Assembly: GCA_903835255.1 (NCBI GenBank)
Contig: CAILMI010000055.1
Coordinates: 75,244-139,243, forward strand
Length of the DNA stretch: 64,000 bases
From: an uncultured Verrucomicrobia subdivision 3 bacterium
GTDB taxonomy: Bacteria > Verrucomicrobiota > Verrucomicrobiia > Limisphaerales > UBA11358
Direction: 5' to 3'
Position numbers and translations under genes: made by a program. The stretch's first letter is position 1. Every line of letters starts with the position of its first letter. This document shows, in pieces, positions 40,119-48,867 of the stretch. The notes below the pieces were generated by a model, which saw only the letters and a list, made by a program, of their open reading frames with translations, was not told where the DNA came from and searched no databases.

Positions 40119-40924
40119 GGCAATCCGGATGCCGTCCGCACGTTCACGCGGAAGGCGCCGGGGACCGGCTTTTCGGAAACCACCACCAGATAGCCGCCGC
40201 CGCAGCCGGAATACATCGCGCCGGGATATTGCCGCTGATACGCCTTTAAAATCGGCATCAAGTCCACGCGCAGCCGCGGATGCCGCACCACGTGCGGAAG
40301 CAGGGTCCCCCAGCACTTCATAGTCAGATTCAGCGACGCGCCGAGGGCCTGGGCATCCCTCCTCACGATGGCGTCGAAGCACTCCCTGCCCGACTGGCCG
40401 AGCCGGGCGACCCACTTGGGCGAAAGATTTTTGACGCCGAGCGGACTGTAGCCATCCGGCCGCGGCTCCACGGGAATCAGGTGCAGCACCCGGCTCAACC
40501 AGCGCGCGACCTTTAGGCGATTGCACGATTCAATATGCGAGGGGAAGACTCCGCCTTGGATTTTGAAGTCATAATCCAGCCGATTCACGCCGGGATAGAT
40601 CAGCCCGATCATATCCTGCGATCCGCTCGGGTCGGCCTTGCCTTTATTTTCGGCGGCGTAGAGCTCGCGGACCAGCTCTTCGGGCGGACGGCTGGGCAGC
40701 CGGCCTTTCCACAATTTCATTGCCACGGCGCGCGTGCCGCTGGCGACGCCGGAGCGGTCCATCGGCCGGAAATCCGGTTCAATCTGCACAACCACCATTG
40801 ATCCGGGCGGCCGAGGATTGTGACGGGAGACAAACGGCTGGTCAATCCAACCGCCGGCCAGCTGCAGGCGATTGGGGATAGCGCCGAGCAGTGTGGCGAC
40901 GGGTGACGCGGCGGGCTGTTTCAT
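40115..40924 (-). CDS. compact GHMP-family sugar kinase (fucokinase/HddA-like subfamily)
   Basis: From MKQPAASP: NRLQLAGGWIDQPFV matches the R.dlAGGw.D.P pattern of this subfamily. DRSGVASGTRAV is a motif II equivalent, GSQDMIGLIYPG resembles G.QDQ, and YSGCGGGYLVVV is motif III. The start ATG shares one nt with the stop of the epimerase gene (TGATG). Confidence 0.65.
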   Translation of the reverse strand: MKQPAASPVATLLGAIPNRLQLAGGWIDQPFVSRHNPRPPGSMVVVQIEPDFRPMDRSGVASGTRAVAMKLWKGRLPSRPPEELVRELYAAENKGKADPSGSQDMIGLIYPGVNRLDYDFKIQGGVFPSHIESCNRLKVARWLSRVLHLIPVEPRPDGYSPLGVKNLSPKWVARLGQSGRECFDAIVRRDAQALGASLNLTMKCWGTLLPHVVRHPRLRVDLMPILKAYQRQYPGAMYSGCGGGYLVVVSEKPVPGAFRVNVRTASGLP

Positions 40925-41973
40925 CAGCCGATGCCGATGCGCTTGCCCGCCTTGCGTTTGCCGTACTGCTGCCGGATCCACGTATAGGTTTCCGCAAGCC
41001 CCTTGTTCAAGGTCGTGCCCGGCTCCCACTTCAGGACTTTTTGGATGAAAGTATTATCCGAATTGCGGCCCGCCACACCCTGGGGCGCAGTCAGATCGTA
41101 TTTGCGGTTCATCTTCACCCCGGCAATTTTCTCAATCTTGCTCAAGAGCTCGTTGATGGAGACCAGCTCGCTGGAGCCGAGATTGATGGGCGTGGCGATC
41201 AATTCGTCGCAGTGCATGATTTTATCAATGCCCTGAACGCAGTCGTCGATGTACATGAAGCTGCGGGTCTGCTCGCCGTTGCCCCAGATCAGGATGTCCT
41301 TTTTGCCGCTGTCCACGGCCTCGATGACCTTGCGGCTCAGGGCGGCGGGCGCCTTTTCGCGGCCGCCATCCCAGGTGCCGTGCGGGCCATAAACATTGTG
41401 GAAACGGGCGATGGCCGTCTTCATGCCGCGTTCGTGCCAGTATTCCTCGCAGAACTGCTCGGAGATTAGTTTTTCCCAGCCGTAACCGCGCTCCGCCATC
41501 GCGGGGTACGCATCGGACTCCTTCAGCGCGCGAACCTTTGGATCCTTCTGCAGGAGCGTGTTGTAGGCGCAGGCCGAACTGGAGAAAAAATAACGGCGGG
41601 CACCCGCCCGATAAGCGGCCTCCAGCATATGAGTGTTGACGAGGATCGAACGCAGGCATTCCACCCGAAACCGTTCGATGAATCCCATGCCGCCCATGTC
41701 AGCGGCCAGATTGTAAACTTCCACGGCGCCCTCGCACACGCGATGGCAGTTCGCCTCCTCGCTCACATCCAGGCAAAGGTTGTGGACGCCCGGCACCTGG
41801 AGATACCACTCGTAGAGCGGCTTCTTATCCACGGCACGGATGTTGGTGAACCCCTTCTTCCGGAAATACCGGGCGAGGTTGCCGGCGATGAACCCGCCCG
41901 CGCCGGTGATGACGATTAAATCATCCTTCTTCAGCGGGGCGTCCTTTTCCACGATTCGTTTCTTTTCTTGCAT
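40924..41973 (-). CDS. GDP-mannose 3,5-epimerase-like SDR
   Basis: From MQEKKRIVEKD: ITGAGGFIAGNLARY, NLAADMGGMGFI, SSACAY, LKESDAYPA, YGWEKL, RFHNVYGPHGTWDGGREKAPAA, WGNGEQTRSFMYIDDCVQG, GRNSDN, GLAETYTWI. These match block for block the plant GME sequence as I remember it (NLAADMGGMGFI, SSACIY, LKESDAWPA, RFHNIYGPFGTWKGGREKAPAA, GRNSDN). Confidence 0.8.
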   Translation of the reverse strand: MQEKKRIVEKDAPLKKDDLIVITGAGGFIAGNLARYFRKKGFTNIRAVDKKPLYEWYLQVPGVHNLCLDVSEEANCHRVCEGAVEVYNLAADMGGMGFIERFRVECLRSILVNTHMLEAAYRAGARRYFFSSSACAYNTLLQKDPKVRALKESDAYPAMAERGYGWEKLISEQFCEEYWHERGMKTAIARFHNVYGPHGTWDGGREKAPAALSRKVIEAVDSGKKDILIWGNGEQTRSFMYIDDCVQGIDKIMHCDELIATPINLGSSELVSINELLSKIEKIAGVKMNRKYDLTAPQGVAGRNSDNTFIQKVLKWEPGTTLNKGLAETYTWIRQQYGKRKAGKRIGIG

Positions 41974-42040
41974 AAATAGGTTGCCGGCGGGCCCCGGCAC
42001 CGGACACAACGCCCGGGAGCGACCCCGCCAACCCGGACAT

Positions 42041-42103
42041 AATAGCTTCGACAGGGCGGCGGTGGAATAGCTATCGTTGACCTGTGCATGGATATTATTG
42101 ACC
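42041..42103. promoter_or_regulatory. short direct repeats in the divergent AraC / epimerase control region
   Basis: AATAGCT occurs at 42041..42047 and 42066..42072 (25-nt spacing). TTGACC occurs at 42077..42082 and 42098..42103 (21-nt spacing). These are candidate operator half-sites or -35-like boxes. Confidence 0.3.
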
Positions 42104-42110
42104 CTATTTT

Positions 42111-42998
42111 ATGAAAACCGGATGCGCCCCCATCCGCCGCACCCCTGCCCCGCCGGAATTCTTCTCGACCGACGTGGCGCGCGCGCGCCGATTCTATCTC
42201 GACCTCAATCCGCTGAAAAAACGGCCGCTGACAGTGGTCTGCGGCGGGGTGGAGCACTGCACCCCCGATTACCAGGTCCGCCGAAAAACCTTTCCATTCT
42301 ATTCCATCGAATATGTGCTCCAGGGCCGAGGCACGCTGCAGATTCAGGGCCGTGCCCTGCCCCTGCGCCGCGGCCGTCTTTTTTCCTATGGACCAGGCAT
42401 TCCGCACCACATCACAGGGGACGCGGCCGATCCGCTGGTCAAATACTTTGTGGATTTTTCCGGGACCCATGCCCTGGGACTGTTGCGTTCCTGCGGCATC
42501 CTGCCCGGCGGGGTGACGGAGGTTTTTCCAGCGAACGCGCTGCAGCCTCTAATGGATGAAATTGTCCAAGCTGGGCTGCGGGGAGGGCGTCCGAACGCCG
42601 CCCTGTGCGCCAAACTGCTGGAATGTGTGGCGCTGCGGGCGGCGGCGGCGCGCTCCCCGCTCGCCGGCACGGAGACGGCCGCTTTCACCACCTATCAACA
42701 CTGCCGCCGCTACATCGAACAGCATTGTCTGCGCCTGCGAACCCTGGCTCAGGCCGCCAGCGAATGCCATGTCACCAACGCCTACCTCTGTCGCCTGTTT
42801 CAGCGCTATGACAGCCAAAGCCCCTACCAATACCTGCTCCGGCTCAAAATGAATCAAGCCGCCGAGCAACTGCGACAGCCCGGCGCCCTGGTTAAACAGG
42901 TGGCGGCGGATTCCGGCTACCCGGATCCGTTTCACTTCTGCCGCGTATTTACCTCCGTTTTCGGACGATCCCCTGCCATCTTCCGCGGGCTGCGATAG
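42111..42998 (+). CDS. AraC-family transcriptional regulator (cupin sensor + HTH)
   Basis: The N-terminal part is an AraC_binding-like cupin (FPFYSIEYVLQGRGTLQIQGRALPL). The C-terminal part has the double HTH (YLCRLFQRYDSQSPYQYLLRLKMNQAAEQL...GYPDPFHFCRVFTSVFGRSP). Confidence 0.85.
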   Translation: MKTGCAPIRRTPAPPEFFSTDVARARRFYLDLNPLKKRPLTVVCGGVEHCTPDYQVRRKTFPFYSIEYVLQGRGTLQIQGRALPLRRGRLFSYGPGIPHHITGDAADPLVKYFVDFSGTHALGLLRSCGILPGGVTEVFPANALQPLMDEIVQAGLRGGRPNAALCAKLLECVALRAAAARSPLAGTETAAFTTYQHCRRYIEQHCLRLRTLAQAASECHVTNAYLCRLFQRYDSQSPYQYLLRLKMNQAAEQLRQPGALVKQVAADSGYPDPFHFCRVFTSVFGRSPAIFRGLR

Positions 42999-43164
42999 AT
43001 CGTCCTCGAGCCGGGGCGCTTTCGCCTTTGCCAAGCCAGCAGCCATCGTTTAATTTTCTGCCATGACTCCCGTCACGACACTGCGGATGGCCGTTCACTC
43101 TGGCGGAGTCCGAGGGGGTTTTAGAAATCAATCCGGATTCGCCCCCGCCAAAAAATAAAAAATT

Positions 43165-44130
43165 GTGGCCACCGAGACCCTTCATTACGAAAACGCGCGA
43201 TTTGCGCAGCAACTGTTCAACCACGAACCGCGCAATCTGCAGGCGCTGGAAACCGAGTTAGGCGTCAAGGCCACCGCGCGGGATGGCTGGATCAAACTGG
43301 AGGGCTCCGCCGGAGCGGTGGAACGCGCCAAACAGCTGTTCGAATCCCTCCAGCATCTGCTGCAGTCCGGAGCGCCGGTGAAGAACCGCGAATTCTCGCA
43401 CGCGCTGAACGTCGTCAGGCATGAGGGCGCCTCCACGTTGAAAGATCTCGTGAGCGACCGGGTGGAAACCCACGAGCGCAAGCCGGGGGTGACGGCCAAA
43501 ACCGTCGGCCAGAAGAAATATCTCGATGCCATCCGCCAGCACGACATCACGTTCGGCATCGGCCCGGCGGGAACGGGTAAAACCTATCTGGCAGTCGCCA
43601 TGGCGCTGTCGGCAATGCGCGCCGGCAAGACATCCCGGATCATCCTGACCCGGCCCGCCGTGGAGGCCGGCGAGGCGCTCGGGTTTCTGCCGGGGGACCT
43701 TTACGAAAAAATCACGCCCTATCTGCGCCCGCTGCACGACGCGCTGCAGGACATGCTGCCCGCCGAGGAGATTGTCCGGCACACCGAGCGCGGAACCATT
43801 GAGATCGCCCCCCTGGCCTACATGCGCGGCCGCACGCTGAACAACGCGTTCATCATCCTGGACGAGGCGCAGAATTCCACGACGGAACAGATGCTGATGT
43901 TTCTGACGCGGCTCGGTCACGGATCCAAGGCGGTCATCACCGGCGACGAGACCCAGGTGGATCTGCCGCCGCACAAGCATTCCGGCTTGGCCGAGGCGCA
44001 CCGGGCGCTGCAACGGACGGAGGGCATTGCCATCGTGGAGTTTTCACGTCGCGACGTGGTGCGGCACCCCCTGGTGCAGCGCATCATCGCGGCCTATGAG
44101 GAGCATCGCGGCAAAGCCAAAACCGAATGA
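43165..44130 (+). CDS. phoH: PhoH-family ATPase
   Basis: A GTG start and a Walker A motif (GIGPAGTGKTYLAVAMA) are present, plus ILTRPAVEAGEALGFLPGDL and FIILDEAQN. Confidence 0.9.
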   Translation: MATETLHYENARFAQQLFNHEPRNLQALETELGVKATARDGWIKLEGSAGAVERAKQLFESLQHLLQSGAPVKNREFSHALNVVRHEGASTLKDLVSDRVETHERKPGVTAKTVGQKKYLDAIRQHDITFGIGPAGTGKTYLAVAMALSAMRAGKTSRIILTRPAVEAGEALGFLPGDLYEKITPYLRPLHDALQDMLPAEEIVRHTERGTIEIAPLAYMRGRTLNNAFIILDEAQNSTTEQMLMFLTRLGHGSKAVITGDETQVDLPPHKHSGLAEAHRALQRTEGIAIVEFSRRDVVRHPLVQRIIAAYEEHRGKAKTE

Positions 44131-44696
44131 GCCCGGCCGTTAAAAATACCCAGAGCCGGCGCGTTACGGCCAAAGGAATCCGACCGGCTCACCCCCAGCC
44201 CTCTCCCGCCATGGACCTCGCCATTGCCAACCGTCAGCGGACACGGAAAATCGACCGGCGACGGCTCCGGCAAATCGTGTCCAGCCTGTGCGCTGAACTG
44301 GGGATCCCGGAGATCACGCTAGGCATCCATCTGGTGGGGGCGTCGGAGATGACGCGAGTCAATGAGACCTTTCTGCGCCACGCGGGCTCGACCGATGTGA
44401 TCACCTTTGACCATTCCGATCCGGTCACCGGCCTCCGGCCCGCGGCATCGCCACTGCACGGCGAACTGTTCGTCTGCGTGGACGAGGCGGTGCTGCAGGC
44501 CAGACAATTCAGAACGCGCTGGCAATCAGAAGTGGTGCGCTACATCGTCCACGGCGTGTTGCATCTTCAGGGCCACGACGACCGACGGGCGGCCGACCGG
44601 CGACGGATGAAGGGCGAGGAGGATCGGCTGGTGCGGGGGCTGACCCAGCGATTTTCGCTCGCGCAACTTTCCGGCACGGTTAGAATCGGCGAGTGA
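44127..44696 (+). CDS. ybeY: rRNA maturation endoribonuclease YbeY
   Basis: The zinc motif HGVLHLQGHDD is present. The ATGA start/stop overlaps phoH. An alternative start (MDLAIANRQ, 44211) would give a more typical length. Confidence 0.85.
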   Translation: MSPAVKNTQSRRVTAKGIRPAHPQPSPAMDLAIANRQRTRKIDRRRLRQIVSSLCAELGIPEITLGIHLVGASEMTRVNETFLRHAGSTDVITFDHSDPVTGLRPAASPLHGELFVCVDEAVLQARQFRTRWQSEVVRYIVHGVLHLQGHDDRRAADRRRMKGEEDRLVRGLTQRFSLAQLSGTVRIGE

Positions 44697-45355
44697 ACAA
44701 GACCTTTTTTGCGCGCTGGCGGGCGAGTTTCTTTACCGGCCTGGCGGTCACCCTTCCCGGGCTGCTGACGCTGGCGGTGGTCAAATGGCTCTTCGGCACC
44801 GTCTCCAGCTTCACCGATGCCCTGCTGTTCTTCCTGAAATACCTGGTCAACCCCAAGGCAATTTATGAGAACGGGCAGTCCGGACCCATGTTCTGGTACT
44901 GGAGCCTGGTGGCGCTGGCTTTGGCGGTGGTTTTAATCTCCGGCGCCGGAGTGCTGACGCGCTACTACATCGGCAAGCGATTGATCCTGTGGATCGACAC
45001 GGTCATGATGACCGTGCCGCTGCTGAACAAATTTTATGGGGCCATCAAGCAGGTCAACGAGGCGTTTGGAGGCAAAAAAAGCTCATTCAAAACGGTCGTG
45101 CTGGTGGAGTTCCCCCGGGCAGGCATGTATTCAATCGGCTTTCTCACCAGCGAAAACCACGCCGAAGTGCGGCAAAAAATCCTCCAGCCGGTCGTCGCCG
45201 TCTTCATTCCCACCACACCCAACCCGACCTCCGGTTTCATGGTGCTGGTGCCGGAGGACAGGGTGACCAAGCTGGATATGAGCGTGGCCGACGGCATCAA
45301 ATACATCGTCAGCCTGGGCGCGATTTCACCGGAATTCTTGCCGGTTAAAAAATGA
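44693..45355 (+). CDS. DUF502-family membrane protein
   Basis: Two N-terminal TM helices are followed by the conserved ...VLVEFPRAGMYSIGFLT...VFIPTTPNPTSGFMVLVP... motif. The GTGA start overlaps the ybeY stop. Confidence 0.8.
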   Translation: MNKTFFARWRASFFTGLAVTLPGLLTLAVVKWLFGTVSSFTDALLFFLKYLVNPKAIYENGQSGPMFWYWSLVALALAVVLISGAGVLTRYYIGKRLILWIDTVMMTVPLLNKFYGAIKQVNEAFGGKKSSFKTVVLVEFPRAGMYSIGFLTSENHAEVRQKILQPVVAVFIPTTPNPTSGFMVLVPEDRVTKLDMSVADGIKYIVSLGAISPEFLPVKK

Positions 45356-46020
45356 CTGGATCCGCCACCGGCTTGGTATTGCGGGCGCGGCCGCTCACCG
45401 AAACCAGCCTGGTGCTTCACTGGCTGACGCCGGAGTTCGGCCGGATGGCGACGGTGGCCAAGGGGGCGCGCCGCCCCCAATCCCCCTTCTTCGGCAAGGT
45501 CGATCTGTTTTATCTGGCGGATTTATCCTTCCACCGCAGCCGCCGTTCAGATTTGCACACGCTCCGTGAAGTGGGTCTGCGCGAGACGCATCCGGCCCTC
45601 CGGCAAAACATGGACCGGCTGCGGCTGGCGGCCTACGCCACGGCGTTCATCGAACAGGCCACGGAAACCGAGACCCCGCTGCCGGACGTGTATGAATTGC
45701 TCCGCGACTTTCTGGCCTGTCTTTGCCGGCAACCAGCGTCGCCGCAACTGCTGTTTGCCTTTGAACTCAAGCTGCTGCGCGAACTCGGGCTGGACCCCGG
45801 CCAGGCTGAAACCGGCCTGGCGGCCGGGACAAAAAAAATCGCCGGCATCCTCGCAGAAAAAGAGTGGGAGACGGGTTTGCGTTTGAAATTGACGGGGGCC
45901 CAAACGACCGAGCTGGGGCGGTTCCTCCAGGGTTTTTTGGGGATCCATCTGAACCGGGTGCCCAAGGGCCGCGCCGCCGCCCTGGCCGGGGCCATGGATG
46001 CGGACAGCCCCGCCCGCTGA
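45352..46020 (+). CDS. recO: DNA repair protein RecO
   Basis: GLVLRARPLTETSLVLHWLTPEFGRMATVAKGARRPQSPF matches the RecO N-terminal OB fold. The ATGA start overlaps the upstream gene. Confidence 0.85.
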   Translation: MTGSATGLVLRARPLTETSLVLHWLTPEFGRMATVAKGARRPQSPFFGKVDLFYLADLSFHRSRRSDLHTLREVGLRETHPALRQNMDRLRLAAYATAFIEQATETETPLPDVYELLRDFLACLCRQPASPQLLFAFELKLLRELGLDPGQAETGLAAGTKKIAGILAEKEWETGLRLKLTGAQTTELGRFLQGFLGIHLNRVPKGRAAALAGAMDADSPAR

Positions 46021-46024
46021 ACCC

Positions 46025-46054
46025 GGGGCGCGGGCAGATGCCTAGCCGCGCCCC
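46025..46054. terminator. GC-rich hairpin between the convergent recO and proS genes (candidate bidirectional terminator)
   Basis: GGGGCGCGG (46025..46033) pairs with CCGCGCCCC (46046..46054) across a 12-nt loop, followed by TTCCATTC. Confidence 0.5.
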
Positions 46055-46073
46055 TTCCATTCACGGCCCTGAA

Positions 46074-47798
46074 TTATTTCACGGCGCCAGCCGACATCAA
46101 GTTCATCAGCGCTTCCACCGCGCCATCGATGGGCACGGACAACATCGCACCGGAGCGGGGCTTGATTTCCACCTCGCCCTTGGCCAGGGATTTTTCGCCG
46201 AGCGCGATGCGAAACGGGAAGCCAACCAGGTCGGCATCCTTGAACTTCACGCCGGGACGCTCATCCCGATCGTCCAGGATCACGTCCACGCCGCGGGCGG
46301 TGAGCTCCGCATAGAATTTTTCCGCGACCTGCATTGCCTGGCTATCGGGCGCGACCGCCAGAGGCGTAAGGCACACCTGATAGGGCGCGACGCTCAAGGG
46401 CCAGACGACGCCGTCCTTGTCGTTCCCCTGCTCAATGATTGCCTGCAGCGTGCGTGTGACACCGATGCCATAGCAGCCCATGACCAACGGCTGGCGCGAC
46501 CCGTCTGCCGCCAGGAAGGTGGCATTCAAGGCCTCGCTGTATTTGGTGCCAAGCTTGAAGACGTGCCCGACTTCAATGGCGCGGCGAATTTTCAGCGGCT
46601 TGGCGCATTTCACACAGGGCTCACCGGCGCTGACCGTGCGCAAGTCGAACCAGGCCGTCACCTGGATATCCCGCTCGATGGAGACGTTCTTCAAATGGAA
46701 TCCGTCCTCGTTCGCGCCAGTGGTCATATCGTTGGCGCCCTGCAGCCGGTCGTCCGCGAACACTTTCAGGTTCGCGGGTATCTTCGCCACCGCGCCGAGC
46801 GAGCCCGGTCTGGCGGCCAGCAGCGCCACGATTTCCTCCACCGTGGCGGGCCGGACGGCTGCCGCCCCGGTCCTCGCAGCCAATTTCGTCTCGTTCAACT
46901 GATCATCGCCGCGGATTAAAACAAGCACTGTATGGCTGTCGGCGATATAGACCAGCGTCTTGATCTGGCGGTTCGCCGGAACGCTGTAGGGGGCCTTGCT
47001 TAATGCTTCGATGGTCACCACGCCGGGTGTGGGGAACTTCTCCGCCGCCGGACCGGTCTCGCGCGCCGCTGTCCGGGGAATGCCGCTGGTGGCTTTCTCG
47101 AGGTTCGCCGCGTAATGGCACGCCTCGCAGAACGCCACCTCATTCTCCCCGGTATCGGCGGGCACCATGAACTCGTGGGAATAATTGCCGCCGATCACGC
47201 CGGTGTCCGCCTCGACCGGAAACGCCTGAAGACCGCAGCGCGCAAAGATGCGCGTGTAGGCGTCATACATTTTTTGATAGCTCGCCATCGCCCCCTCGTC
47301 CGAGGCGTCAAAGGAATAGGCGTCCTTCATGATGAACTCCTTGGCGCGCATCAGCCCGAAGCGCGGCCGGATCTCATCGCGGAACTTCACGCTGACCTGG
47401 TAAAAATTCTTGGGCAGCTGGCGGTAGGAATTGATCTCGTTGGCGGCCAGGGTGGTGATGACCTCCTCGGCGGTGGGGCTCAGCAGCCATTCGCGGCCGC
47501 CGCTGTCCTTGAGCTTGAACAGCACGTTGCTCGCAGTGGTATACCGGCCGCTCTGCTGCCAGATCTCCGGCGGCTGGAGCGCCGGCATCAGCACCTCCAC
47601 CGCCCCGGCCCGGTCCATCTCCTCGCGGACAATGGCCTCCACCTTGCGCAGCGCGCGCAACCCGAGGGGCAGAAAAGTGTACACGCCGCCCGCCAACTTG
47701 CGGATGAGGCCGGCGCGCAGCAGCAGCTTGTGCGAGAGGATTTCCGCGTCAGCCGGAGCTTCACGGAGGGTCGGAATCAGCGTTTGTGTCCACTTCAT
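46074..47798 (-). CDS. proS: proline--tRNA ligase (bacterial type with INS editing domain)
   Basis: MKWTQTLIPTLREAPADAEILSHKLLLRAGLIRKLAGGVYTFLPLG is the canonical ProRS N-terminus. Length is 574 aa. Confidence 0.95.
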   Translation of the reverse strand: MKWTQTLIPTLREAPADAEILSHKLLLRAGLIRKLAGGVYTFLPLGLRALRKVEAIVREEMDRAGAVEVLMPALQPPEIWQQSGRYTTASNVLFKLKDSGGREWLLSPTAEEVITTLAANEINSYRQLPKNFYQVSVKFRDEIRPRFGLMRAKEFIMKDAYSFDASDEGAMASYQKMYDAYTRIFARCGLQAFPVEADTGVIGGNYSHEFMVPADTGENEVAFCEACHYAANLEKATSGIPRTAARETGPAAEKFPTPGVVTIEALSKAPYSVPANRQIKTLVYIADSHTVLVLIRGDDQLNETKLAARTGAAAVRPATVEEIVALLAARPGSLGAVAKIPANLKVFADDRLQGANDMTTGANEDGFHLKNVSIERDIQVTAWFDLRTVSAGEPCVKCAKPLKIRRAIEVGHVFKLGTKYSEALNATFLAADGSRQPLVMGCYGIGVTRTLQAIIEQGNDKDGVVWPLSVAPYQVCLTPLAVAPDSQAMQVAEKFYAELTARGVDVILDDRDERPGVKFKDADLVGFPFRIALGEKSLAKGEVEIKPRSGAMLSVPIDGAVEALMNLMSAGAVK

Positions 47799-47931
47799 AG
47801 GGCGGCAAATTTAACAGCAAAGGCGGGAAGGAATGAAGAATTATATTTTAAAACCCGCCGAGCTCCCGCTACCGCCGCCCCCCCCCGAGTCACGCGCCAC
47901 TTTCCCGCGCGGAACCCGCCGGGGACCCGGG

Positions 47932-48687
47932 TCACTTCACGGCATTGACCAGCGGCGCCAGACCCTGAATCCGCACCTCCAGCCGGTCGCCGCTCTGAAT
48001 GGGGCCGATGCCGCTGGGCGTGCCGGTGAGAATCACATCGCCGGGCAGCAGCGTCAGATGGGCGGAGATGAAGCTGACCAGCTCGTGCGGCTTGAAGAGG
48101 AGGTGCTGGGTGTTGGAATTCTGGCGTAGCTCCCCGTTCTGGAAGAGCTGAATGTTCAGCTCGCTTGGATCCAGTTTTGTTTCCACGTAGGGGCCGAGCG
48201 GCGTGAAGGTGTCGAAGGATTTGGCCCGGGCCCACTGCGACTCCGCCTTCTGGATGGTGCGATCGCTGATGTCCTGGGCCGAGGTGTAGCCGAAGATATA
48301 GCGCGAGGCCTGGGTGGGAGAGACGTTCCGGATTTTCCGCCCGATCACGATGGCCAATTCCGCCTCATAGTCCGTGCGGTGCTTGGGAAAGGGAATCTCA
48401 ATCTTGCCGCCGTCCGGCAGGAGCGAGGTCGGGGCCTTGAACCAGAACAGCGGCTGTTTCGGCAGCTCCTTGCCCGTCTCGCGGGCATGATCCGCGTAAT
48501 TCAGCCCCACGGCGATGACCTTGGTCGGGAGGACCGGAACCAAGGTGCGAACCCCCTTGCGCGGAGTCGCCGCGCGGTCAAAGGAAGGCGAGCCGAAGAC
48601 ATCGCCGCGCAGCCGGAACAGTTCGCCGTCCACAACCTTGGCGTGGAAAACTTCCGCGCCCTTCTGAAATCGACCAATGGCTGCCAT
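47932..48687 (-). CDS. fumarylacetoacetate hydrolase (FAH) family protein
   Basis: From MAAIGRFQKG: KVIAVGLNYADHARE...DYEAELAIVIG...GDVILTGTPSGIG. The upstream part of the 304-aa ORF is probably not translated. Confidence 0.85.
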   Translation of the reverse strand: MAAIGRFQKGAEVFHAKVVDGELFRLRGDVFGSPSFDRAATPRKGVRTLVPVLPTKVIAVGLNYADHARETGKELPKQPLFWFKAPTSLLPDGGKIEIPFPKHRTDYEAELAIVIGRKIRNVSPTQASRYIFGYTSAQDISDRTIQKAESQWARAKSFDTFTPLGPYVETKLDPSELNIQLFQNGELRQNSNTQHLLFKPHELVSFISAHLTLLPGDVILTGTPSGIGPIQSGDRLEVRIQGLAPLVNAVK

Positions 48688-48867
48688 AGAGATGCGCCAG
48701 CCTAACCACGGCGCCACCAGGGCCGCAAGATTCAATTGCATTCCCGGAGACGGGGCGCGAGCGGACCCATAAATAAAGATAACGAGAAGATAAAACCAAG
48801 AAAGGCGGGGCCTTATGGCAGCAATTGAGAATTGGCAAGCCGCCACCCGACTGTTAGTCTGGAGCCC

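Noticed and set aside
39972-40526. 184-aa ORF overlapping the GHMP kinase gene out of frame
   Set aside because: The upstream 136 codons overlap the kinase coding sequence and translate to Arg/Gly/Ala-rich junk. Only the last 48 codons, downstream of the kinase stop, are considered, and they are listed as a low-confidence sORF.
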